64,000 nucleotides of DNA, from NCBI RefSeq assembly GCF_003918875.1, contig NW_025766048.1, forward strand, positions 744,001 to 808,000, read 5' to 3'. This document shows, piece by piece, positions 25,201 to 36,019 of this stretch. Source of the DNA: Haliotis rubra. Taxonomy: Eukaryota. Numbering within the stretch: position 1 is the stretch's first letter; the number at the start of each line of letters is the position of its first letter. The position numbers were made by a program, and so were the translations under genes. Under the pieces are notes generated by a model, which was not told the origin of the DNA, did no database searches, and was given only the letters and a program-made list of their open reading frames with translations.

Positions 25201-25390
25201 TAAAGCTATACACACAAGAGACAGTAAAATACAGTCCAACCTTTGACTTCGATGCAGTCGTGGTGTTCTCTATTGTTATGTAACTTCCGTCCAATGATAC
25301 TTCAACGAAGCTGACTGGTCCACGGGCTGACCGTGACAGTACCATTCGACCGGAAACGCAAGAGTTTTTTGTCTGCGCATGCGCTAACAT
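19225..25390 (-). CDS. Divergent lamin-tail-domain cassette 3 or stand-alone LTD gene: exons ~25390-25241 (5' boundary uncertain), 23100-22996, 21786-21661, 19290-19225
   Basis: MLAHAQTKNSCVSGRMVLSRSARGPVSFVEVSLDGSYITIENTTTASKSK | SVQLQGWSLRKKRKGQPDILYKFGDYVLHPGAKLR | IYGRWNTPAPQQDIGCDYIINYDVFNWGFGTTAVYLYNEEHK | EKASLESTVTSMTSVPVPFRP*. Internal exons are 105 and 126 nt as in cassette 1, sites are canonical, ATTAAA at ~19170-19165. Confidence 0.8.
21103..21652. mobile_element. MITE with ~65-bp TIRs inserted at the donor site of cassette 3 exon 21786-21661
   Basis: TIR CATTCTCTTCCCACAGAGGTTAC...; direct repeat GTACTAACC at 21094-21102 and 21653-21661. Confidence 0.85.
21935..22256. repeat. C/A-rich low-complexity tract
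   Basis: Degenerate CAA/CAAA/CCCCAAAA runs; source of spurious G/F/V/C-rich ORFs. Confidence 0.9.
22478..22644 (-). mobile_element. tRNA-derived SINE family A (~170 bp), representative copy
   Basis: A box TAGCCTAGTGG, B box GGTTCGATTCC, (ACTC)n tail, TSD TAAAATCCTATCA. Other copies at ~3820-3960, 5022-5180, 6720-6877, 12637-12810, 15233-15410, 18034-18201, 18890-19045, 38308-38437, 47549-47710, 48981-49141, 51103-51247, 54390-54531. Confidence 0.9.
23188..25094. repeat. 43-bp minisatellite, ~44 copies, in the first intron of LTD cassette 3
   Basis: Unit CCAAACTGGTATTGCCTTGAAACTCACCCTGCCCAGCAACGAT, head-to-tail with point variants. Confidence 0.97.
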
Positions 25391-26068
25391 TTCAACACGG
25401 ATATTACATCGGCCAACACAACCTGTCTCTTCAAATCAGTTCGTTTTTGTCTGTAAGGAAAATCAATAACACATTGGTTAGTTGTACACGAACACTGATG
25501 TTATATTAGTTGTATGCGTTCATAAAGTATATCGTTTGTAACATATGTTATATTTGCGAATACGCTTTCTCAATAAAGGCCAAATTTGAGTCGGTTAGAT
25601 CGCTGACTTTGTGTGCTGGCGAATAGATGACTGACTCTGAGAGTATGGGTTGGAATCCCAATTGCTTGGATCGATGGTCATCATTTGTTAAACGTGGAAT
25701 ACATACACGGATACACACAAAACATTTTTCATACTACTAACATCGTACCGGTCTTTGATGTGGCGACCCGTGAAGGTCCGGGTTAGAATTGGTCTTCAGT
25801 CAACCTGTGCTTGTCGAAAGGGGCAACTAACGGGATCGGGTGGTCAGGCCCGCTGACTTGGTTGACACATGTTATCGTATCCCAGTTACGTAGATCGATA
25901 CTCATGGTGCTGATCACTGGATTGTCTGGACTATTTACAGACCGCCGTCATATAGCTGGAATACTGCTGAGTCTGGCGTTAAGCAAAACAACAAACAAGC
26001 AAACAAACTTTGATGTGGCGACGACCGCTTTTGCCTCTCGGTTACATCATATCTGATTGAATACTTAC

Positions 26069-26167
26069 CTCCTACGACGTCTTTGTCATCTTCTGACATC
26101 ATTTACTGCAGGTGTTCTGACGCTGACCCCGAAGGGGTGAGTCCATTCAGGTCTAACGAGGGGACAA
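26069..26167 (-). other. Putative upstream exon of LTD cassette 3 (may encode MMSEDDKDVVG from 26102)
   Basis: Acceptor gctttcatatag and strong donor GAG|GTAAGT. The phase-1 end follows a short ATG-initiated frame. Confidence 0.35.
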
Positions 26168-26244
26168 CTATATGAAAGCAAAAATCAATACAAGATCATA
26201 ACACTGACACAAACGAATGCTACAGTCATTTTTAATTTTATGAC

Positions 26245-29058
26245 CAGAAATTGTGTCTGGTGTCCTGCGTTAAACTGAGACATTGTATCTGGTGCCCTGT
26301 GTTAAACTGAGACATTGTGTCTTGTGCCCTGTGTTAAATTGAGACATTGTATCTGGTGCCCTGTGTTAAACTGAGACATTGTATCTGGTGCCCTGTGTTA
26401 AACTGAGACATTGTGTCTTGTGCCCTGTGTTAAACAGAGACATTGTATCTGGTGCCCTGTGTTAAACTGAGACATTGTGTCTGGTGCCCTGTGTTAAACT
26501 GAGACATTGTATCTAGTTACCCTGCCTTAAACAGAAACATTGCATCTGGTGCCCTGCATTAAACTGAGATATTGTATCTGGTGCCCTGCGTTAACCTGAG
26601 ACATTGTATCTGGTGCCCTGCGTTAAAATGAGATATGGAAACTGGTGCCCTGTGTTAAACAGAGACATTGTATCTGGTAACCTGTGTTAAACTGAGACAT
26701 TGTATCTGGTGCCCTGTGTTAAACAGAAATATTGTATCTGGTGCCCTGTGTTAAACTGAGACATTGTATCTGGTGCCCTGCGTTAAACAGAGACAGTGTA
26801 TCTGGTGCCCTGTGTTATACTGAGACATTGTATCTGGTGCCCTGTGTTAAACAGAGACATTGTATCTGGTAACCTGTGTTAAACTGAGACATTGTATCTG
26901 GTGCCCTGTGTTAAACAGAAATATTGTATCTGGTGCCCTGTGTTATACTGAGACATTGTATCTGGTGCCCTGTGTTAAACTGAGACATTGTATCTGGTAA
27001 CCTGTGTTAAACAGAGACATTGTGTCTTGTGCCCTGTGTTAAACTGAGACATTGTATCTGGTGCCCTGTGTTAAACAGAGACAGTGTATCTGGTGCCCTT
27101 TGTTATACTGAGACATTGTATCTGGTGCCCTGTGTTAAACTGAGACATTGTATCTGGTAACCTGTGTTAAACAGAGACATTGTGTCTGGTGCCCTGTGTT
27201 AAACTGAGACATTGTATCTGGTGCCCTGTGTTAAACTGAGACATTGTATCTGGTAACCTGTGTTAAACAGAGACATTGTGTCTTGTGCCCTGTGTTAAAC
27301 TGAGACATTATATCTGGTGCCCTGTGTTAAACAGAGACAGTGTATCTGGTGCCCTGTGTTATACTGAGACATTGTATCTGGTGCCCTGTGTTAAACAGAG
27401 ACATTGTATCTGGTAACCTGTGTTAAACTGAGACATTGTATCTGGTGCCCTGTGTTAAACAGAAATATTGTATCTGGTGCCCTGTGTTATACTGAGACAT
27501 TGTATCTGGTGCCCTGTGTTAAACTGAGACATTGTATCTGGTAACCTGTGTTAAACAGAGACATTGTGTCTTGTGCCCTGTGTTAAACTGAGACATTGTA
27601 TCTGGTGCCCTGTGTTAAACAGAGACAGTGTATCTGGTGCCCTTTGTTAAACTGAGACATTGTATCTGGTGCCCTGTGTTAAACTGAGACATTGTATCTG
27701 GTAACCTGTGTTAAACAGAGACATTGTGTCTGGTGCCCTGTGTTAAACTGAGACATTGTATCTGGTGCCCTGTGTTAAACTGAGACATTGTATCTGGTAA
27801 CCTGTGTTAAACAGAGACATTGTGTCTTGTGCCCTGTGTTAAACTGAGACATTATATCTGGTGCCCTGTGTTAAACAGAGACAGTGTATCTGGTGCCCTG
27901 TGTTATACTGAGACATTGTATCTGGTGCCCTGTGTTAAACTGAGACATGGTATCTGGTAACCTGTGTTAAACAGAGACATTGTGTCTGGTGCCCTGTGTT
28001 AAACTGAGACATTGTATCTGGTGCCCTGTGTTATACTGAGACAGTGTATCTGGTGCCCTGTGTTAAACTGAGGCATTGTATCTGGTGCCCTGTGTTAAAC
28101 TGAGACATTGTATCTGGTAACCTGTGTTAAACAGAGACATTGTGTCTTGTTCCCTGTGTTAAATTGAGACATTGTATCTGGTGCCATGTGTTAAACAGAC
28201 ATATTGTATCTGGTGCCCTGTGTTAAACAGAGACATTGTATCTGGCGCCCTGTGTTAAACTGAGACATTGTATCTGGTGCCCTGTGTTAAACAGAGACAT
28301 TGTATCTGGTGCCCTGTGTTAAACTGAGACATTGTATCTGGTGCCCTGTGTTAAATTGAGACATTGTATCTGGTGCCCTGTGTTAAACAGAGACATTGTA
28401 TCTGGTGCCCTGTGTTAAACAGAGACATTGTATCTGGTGCCCTGTGTTAAACAGAGACATTGTATCTGGTGCCCTGTGTTAAACAGAGACATTGTATCTA
28501 GTGCCCTGTGTTAAACAGAGACATTGTATCTGGTGCCCTGCGTTAAACTGAGACATTGTATCTGGTGCCCTGTGTTAAACTGAGACATTGTATCTGGTGC
28601 CCTGTGTTAAACTGAGACATTGTATCTGGTGCCCTGTGTTAAACAGAGACATTGTATCTGGTGCCCTGTGTTAAACAGAGACATTGTATCTGGTGCCCTG
28701 TGTTAAACTGAGACATTGTATCTGGTGCCCTGTGTTAAACAGAGACATTGTATCTGGTGCCCTGTGTTAAACAGAGACATTGTATCTGGTGCCCTGTGTT
28801 AAACAGAGACATTGTATCTGATGCCCTGTGTTAAACAGAGACATTGTATCTGGTGCCCTGTGTTAAACTGAGACATTGTATCTGGTGCCCTGTGTTAAAC
28901 AGAGACATTGTGTCTTGTGCCCTGTGTTAAACAGAGACATTGTATCTGGTGCCCTGTGTTAAACTGAGACATTGTATCTGGTGCCCTGTGTTAAACAGAG
29001 ACATTGTATCTGGTGCCCTGTGTTAAACAGAGACATTGTATCTGGTGCCCTGTGTTAA
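26245..29058. repeat. 32-bp minisatellite, ~88 copies, with a 544-bp (17-monomer) higher-order repeat
   Basis: Unit TGTGTTAAACTGAGACATTGTATCTGGTGCCC. The variant AGACAGTG recurs at 26791, 27079, 27335, 27623 and 27879. Confidence 0.97.
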
Positions 29059-30845
29059 TCTGAAACACAGAGTGCCATGTACGAAGCTGATACAGTGTTA
29101 TAAATGCCCTGTGTTAAACTGAGAGGTTCTATATGGTGCCTTGTGTGAAGCCTATAACATATCCTAATTATATAATGTGTGGAGCTCATTGTTGATACCG
29201 ACAATCGTATCCTAGCTGCGCTGATCGATGATGACATCATCATGCCATTCGCTGCAGTTTCTGGTCCAGGGTCTATCACTTACAGATCACTGTTACATAG
29301 CTGGGATATTGCTGAGTGCAGCTTTAAACAACAAACAACAAACTGACCTCGCACGACATATTTAGACCTAGGCAAAGACGCTTAAGAAACTAGAGCGTGT
29401 GCCCTGCTTCCTCCATAAATCGTCTCTGTGTCAAGATAGACATAAATACAGTTCCTGAGTAATCGTGGTCATCCAAGTTTCCATGTCCTGACTTTAACTT
29501 CACTACTGAATTCTTGAAAACATATTCTAACCGATCGTCGTCAGGTTTGTGCGAGCATAGTGCATTCAAGGTTAAATTGAAAAGGGGGTGATTTAAACTC
29601 ACCTTGTCACTGCGCAGGCCTTGTGATTGTGTATAAGTTCTGATATGGCGTAAATCGTCAGCCTTAAGAGATCCCACAAAGGAATGTTCAAAGCAAACAA
29701 ACCTACATGCTTCTACCGAGGTATATGTTCACCTGAACTACATTTCAACTGATTAAACGCACCACACAGGTAACACACACTGGATCACATGCACCGAAAT
29801 ACAAAGAGACATTGTGTAGTCATGAAAAGAAATAGCATTCAAATTATAATGCACTCAATACTAATAGCAAGCATCCTATGATATAAATGAGGACATTTAT
29901 CAATTCATTGCATTAAACGACCATGCTACACTCCGTTGGAGATAGAATTGCCTCGGCGAATGACAACGCCCACAGCAGAGAATGAAGGTGAAAAGTACGG
30001 GGGTAAACCTGCTCTCTCGAACGCGAATGCTATATTTGTGCTCTATTATGCAGCATGTGTAATCACCATGACCTTCTGTCATAGGATGTGTCATACAATT
30101 GTGCATGCCAGTGGTCCTGGTTGTCATTCTAGCCCGCAATGGGCTCGGCATTTCCTGTATAGCATCTAAGGAAAAGTGCACGGGCCTAAGACACCCCCCT
30201 GTCTAACCACGTATCTATCAGTGCCTCCTTTAGTGCATATACTGACTTCAACTCGTTTCAAGTTTCGTCAAAATGTCATGCATAAATAATCGTGTGATAC
30301 CTGTTAAGTGTATGGGTAGACTGGTTCCGTCACAGTCAGTAATATCCCCACTAGAGCAAGGAATCCAGTAGATTGTCGAAACTGAGCCGAGCATTCAAGT
30401 GGGTGGAGGCCCAAGCATAAATTCAAGTTGTCGGAAAATGATGTCACGCTATCAACAAGGTCACACATTGTTATCTTATCTCTTACGCCGGACACGCATG
30501 GGGTACCAGGAAAGGGGCTTTTCTGGTTAACGCCTCACTCTGCAGAATTCCTGCTATATGGGCGGCATGTAAATATTAGAGACCAGACAATCAAGTGATC
30601 AACACAATGAGCATCGATCTACGTAACTGGGATACGATGACACGTCTTAACCAAGTCCGCGAGCCTGACCACCCGATCCCGTTAGTCGCCTAGTACGACA
30701 AGCATGGGTTGCTGAAAACCAATTCTAACCCGGATCTTCACGGGTAAGGGAAGGAATTAAACACGAGGATGCAGCGTCTTGTAAAACCTATAAAACTGGA
30801 ATAAAGTATATGTGCATTATTTGACCTTATGCCATTTTTAATGCA

Positions 30846-31283
30846 GGCCCGCTGACTTGGTTGACACATGTCATCGTATCCCAGTTACGTAGATCGATAC
30901 TCATGGTGCTGATCACTGGATTGTCTGGACTATTTACAGACCGCCGTCATATAGCTGGAATACTGCTGAGTGTGGCGTTAAACTAAACAACAAACAAGCA
31001 AACACACTGTGATGTGGCGACGACCGCTTTTGCCTCTCGGTTACATCATATCTGATTGAATACTTACCTCCTACGACGTCTTTGTCATCTTCTGACATCA
31101 TTTACCGCAGGTGTTCTGACGCTGACCCCTGCCATATGGGCGGCATGTAAATATTAGAGACCAGACAATCAAGTGATCAACACAATGAGCATCGATCTAC
31201 GTAAATGGGATACGATGACACGTCTTAACCAAGTCAGCGAGCCTGACCACCCGATCCCGTTAGTCGCCTCGTACGACAAGCAA
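30846..31283. repeat. Composite local duplication (copy of ~25847-26130 joined to copy of ~30550-30703) flanked by a 15-bp direct repeat
   Basis: GCCATTTTTAATGCA at 30831-30845 and 31284-31298. Confidence 0.85.
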
Positions 31284-32364
31284 GCCATTTTTAATGCAAA
31301 AAGATGATAAAATGAATTTTGGTGTTTTCCTTAATCACAGTTTAACTGTTGACAGGATAATATCGACATCTGTATGATTTCACACTAGGCATCGTGAAAA
31401 TTAGGATCGTGACTACCACAACGTCTTCTCAGTCCTACAAAAGACTCGAATATTTACAAACCGCCGCCATATTGCTGGAATACTACTGAATGCGACGTTA
31501 AACAATAAACAAACAGTCCGACGAAAGCTACAATCTTCACAACCACAGCTGTTTGAAGCGCCGCAATTCGCTGTGCAGAGTTGCGTCCCTTGGACAACCA
31601 TTAGAATTCTCAGCTAGTGTTACACGTTATACAACACTAAATGTTTTCCCATAGATTTCTATAGTAACGTTATATTTCATCCAGGCTGTTAACAGCTGTT
31701 CCATGTACACATGGGTGCAGTCTGGCCTTTAAACAACTATAAAAACACAAATTCCGGCTAACTTATCCGGCAAATTTTCCGAGCACATGAACCTGAACAC
31801 ATCAACCCCAGTTCCGCACCAAATGTCACCTACTGGAAAATATCTGCACACACAATAAACATAAGTGATGGTGATAAAAATGACAGCACCAAATACTTAA
31901 AATTGTGGTTAGTTTAAATTACTGGATGGATGTGTATTTTACGTAAAAATCTTACATTATTTCATCCAATCACAGCTGTCACATGTCTCTATATGCACGC
32001 ACGCACACATGCACCACCCGCGCAGTCACACAATACGCCAACATCATTTTTGTCTTTCACACAGAATCAATAAGTGTGTTTCCCCCCGAGTTAGTCTTTA
32101 TCAATATTCCAGCAACATCACATTGAAGGGCACCACAATCAGGGATAATATATTCCAACTCGACCCTTTACCGTGACGTGCGGTACCCGTGAAGATCCGG
32201 GTTAGAATTGATCTTCAGTAACCCATGCTTGTCGTAAGATGCGACTAACGGGATCGGGTGGTCAACCTCGCTGACTTGGTTGGCACATGCCATCGGTTCC
32301 CAATTGCGCAGATCGATGGTCGTGCTGTTGATCACTGTATTGTCTGGTCTAGACTCGAATATTT

Positions 32365-35300
32365 AGCTTAAACAGATCTTGTCCTTTTAATCATGGTAAA
32401 ATAACCCGCATGGATCTTGGCAAAAGGACTGTTTCTCCCTTAGATCTATCAATGATACAATCACCCATAGCCAGTAAGTGTAACTGGGGTGTATTTCAGG
32501 AAGATGCGTTAGGTAGTAACCATTTTCCTGTTTTTACTGAAATTCAGGTTCGACCACATCGTGATTCATGTGATAATGTCCCTTGGTGGAAATTCAAGAA
32601 GGCTAATTGGGCACTTTTTTCTGGTCTTTGTGCTGAATTGCAGAAGAGTCCATGGGAAAATCGTCTGCTATGAAAGCGGCTTTCCCGCCAAAGTACTGGT
32701 GCAATGACAGCTGTGACAAAGCCAATATCGCAAGAAGAAAGGCATTTAATAAGGTTCGCCACTCGTCATTATCATGTGACTTGGCTGATTTTCGTAAGAA
32801 ACGAGCTACGTTCCAGCGTATTGTACGGAGTACAAAACGATTAAGCTGGAGGGACTATATGCCCAATATTAATAGATTTACATCATTCACGATCGGAGGA
32901 AATAATATTCGTTCTCCTTTACTGGTAATGGGAGAAACTGGAGAACTCATATAAAAAATTCAGAAAGTAAATGCTCTTGTTAAACAATTTGAATCTGGTT
33001 GCAGTTCTGAAAATTATTGTCATGAATTTAGAGAATATAAGCAAGTCTTTGAAACAAACTTTCTGCCTGAAATGTCTTCTGTCATGTTGGAAAGTAGCTT
33101 GGATCCTAATACAGCTATCAGTCATGATGAACTTAAGGCAGCCATATCAAGAACACATAATGCGGCACCAGGTGCAGATGAGCTGTGCTATGAAATGTAT
33201 ATGCCAGAAAAGCATATGCCATATTCTACTGTAGCTGTTATTCGGGAACTTTTGAACTTAAGTTGGTGTTTGGATCCTTGCTTTGGACATGGCGTGATGC
33301 AATAAAAGTTCATGTGCCCAAACCAGGATTGCTCTCACTTCTAATTTATGTAAAATCCTGGAGAGAATAGTTACTAATCGCCTGAACTATTATCTTGAAC
33401 TATTATCCAGTCAGGATTCAGAAAGGGACGTTCATGTAAAGATCAACATGTTCGTCTGGAAACTGAAGCACAGAAAGCTTTATGCAACCAAGAAGACATG
33501 TTGTGTGTATTCCTGGACATCGGAAAGGCTTATGACATGGCTTGGAGAAATTGTTTGCTTTTTAAATTGTGGAAGCTTGAAATTAGAGGCAACATGTTCA
33601 AGTGGATATGGCCATTTTTGTCCGAAAAACCATTCACGCTCGCATAGGTAAAGAACTATTAGGCGTGCATATGATTGAAAATGGTACCCCACAAGGAAGT
33701 GTAATAAGTCCAGTTTTATTCAATATCATGATCAATGACATTTCCGAGGACCTGCCTCTAAACAAAAATGCAGCACAGTTTGCTGATGACGTGTCGTTGT
33801 GGAGACGGTTGGTAATTTTCAGTTTGTCTTAGAATCAATACAAACTTGCTTAAGTAAAGTCAGTACATGGTGTTCAAAATGGAGGTTTAAGATTTCAAAA
33901 TCAAAATCAGTGTCAATGATGATCACAAGACGTAAATTCCCTCATGATATCAATCTAACTCTTGGACACCATAAACTGGAAATGGTGTCGGTGTTCAAAT
34001 GTCTTGGTGTGTATTTTGATCAAAGATTAACATGGTCTCATCACATCACACATTTATATAACACATGTAACAAGATCATCAATCTATTAAAGTGTATTTC
34101 AAAAACAAAGTGGGGGTGCTGATAAGTCAACTATGTTATTGCTGTACAAGGTCCTTATCTTGTCCAGACTTGACTATGGTTGCCAGGTGTATATGTCGGG
34201 GCTAAATGTCATCTGAATAAGCTTGATCGAATTCAATCTAAAGTTTTGAGAATATGAACTGGGGCCTATACAACAACTCCAACCTCAGCGCTTTAAGTTG
34301 AGTGTTCAGAAATGCCCCTTCACCTTAAGACAGCAGTATCTTTGAAATATTTCTTAAAAATGAAAACCAAGAACAAACACCATGCAGTCACTGAGATTGT
34401 TAATGACTGTGTGGAATATGTCATGTGTGACTGGTCTCATGGCAAACTACCCTTTGGCTTCAATATACAGAAATTAGCTGATCAACATGGTCTTTACAAC
34501 TGTAACCCAGTTGATCCTTCTGCTGAAGCCTGGATTGAATACTGAACTCAGTTTCATAGTGAATAAGAGAATGGACCAAAACATAATAAAAGTGATAACT
34601 CAAGACTTTCTGTCTGAAAATTATTCTAATTTCACACACATATATACACTGATGCATCGAAAGAACCATCTAATGATCGTACTGCTGGGGCTTTTTGAAT
34701 ACCCAATTTATCAATCGCTAAGGTGTTCAGATTCCCTGATTATCTTTCTGTTTTTGCAGCTGAACTTTTGTCCATTTTGCAAGCCTTGAGATGCTTAGAT
34801 GAACATGACCATGAAGCAATTATCTTTACAGATTCTATGGCAGCTATCAAAGCTATAGAAGCTGGTGCAAATGGATCTAGAGATGACATTGTTCATTGGT
34901 CATAAAATTCGTCGTCGCCCAGACTTGGACACTATGGGCTTAATGCTTACAGGAGTATTATAGATAAGACGGTCTCTTCTAATTGTGGCCATTGCAATTT
35001 GGAGATGCCTGAAAATATTGAACATTATCTAATTACATGACCTGATTAATAATAGCATAAGACATAATCCAAGATTAGATTGGGTCTCGTCATCTGGAAA
35101 ATTATGTGATCTGGACAGGCTCTCAAAGGGCTTAGACAGATTTAGTTCTGTGATTTTAAATCATTTTAACGCTCTGTCATCTTAACCTATTGCTTTGTTA
35201 ATGAATAAGTATTTCATGTTTCTGAAATGGAAGCGATTACTTAAGGTTTTAATCGTAACACGAAGAAGAGGTTATTCGATATAAGTATACGTCTATTCAA

Positions 35301-35457
35301 ATGAATATTGATAGTGTTGTCGATTCTTATATGTTAACTAAACGATTCCTTTTGGCGATGAAATTACCTATGATTTTTATTATTTCAAGTCAATGTGTTG
35401 GGCCCAAATAGGCCTCTTATTGGCCCACGTCGCCCTAAAACTATAAAACCAACCAAC
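32365..35457 (+). mobile_element. 5'-truncated, frameshifted non-LTR retrotransposon with RT and RNase H (I/Nimb-like)
   Basis: Endonuclease end (LGSNHFPV), RT motifs QSGFRKGRS, GTPQGSVISPVLFNIMIND, QFADD, LGVYFDQRLTW, RNase H motifs YTDAS, SVFAAEL, IFTDS. 3' tail TAAAACTATAAAACCAACCAAC. Many stops and frameshifts. Confidence 0.9.
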
Positions 35458-35857
35458 AGCAGGGCCTGTTTGCATCTTACTGTACGTCGTTTAACAAAAG
35501 ACGTATTCGTAAATCATTTTTGGAATTCTTTATTTCAAAAAGGTCATAATGTATTATATGAGACCCTAAAATATAGAGCACCATGTGGCTACGTACAGTT
35601 TAGAAAACATAGAATTATAACAATATGAAAATATCTACTAGTTTCAGAAAGCGAAGCAGGTAGTGCGTCATGACAACATGTCAAACACTTATTGTTTGTC
35701 ATGACTCAAAACGAGACCAAACACGCGTGCATTGACATAACAATACTTTTTGTGCCTATATTATCGCTATATGAATATTTTTTACTGTTCCAGTATTAGA
35801 CGGATTGATCGTTGTGTGTTGCCTCAACAATAGGGCCGATTAATGACGTGTAACGAA

Positions 35858-35873
35858 GTGACGTCACTTCCGG
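35858..35873 (-). promoter_or_regulatory. Overlapping ETS-CRE motif CCGGAAGTGACGTCAC; second copy at 51794-51809
   Basis: Exact 16-mer retained downstream of both cassette 1 and cassette 2. Confidence 0.3.
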
Positions 35874-36019
35874 TCAACAGATCAACCCCGTCCGTATTGA
35901 CATTGAAAACCATAAAAGGCACCTTGGCAATTAACAAATGGAATTCATAACCTCAACAAAATATTTAACAATTATTGTGATTTAAGCTAGCATGTTGCGC
36001 GTTCAGTGCAGTTGGTCGT

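Noticed and set aside
23188-29058. CRISPR-like arrays, and the many 76-aa ORFs at 23686-25077
   Set aside because: Units are head-to-tail with no unique spacers, no cas genes, eukaryotic context. The ORFs are by-products of the 43-bp period.
32365-35457. Active or domesticated reverse transcriptase
   Set aside because: 5'-truncated with many stops and frameshifts.
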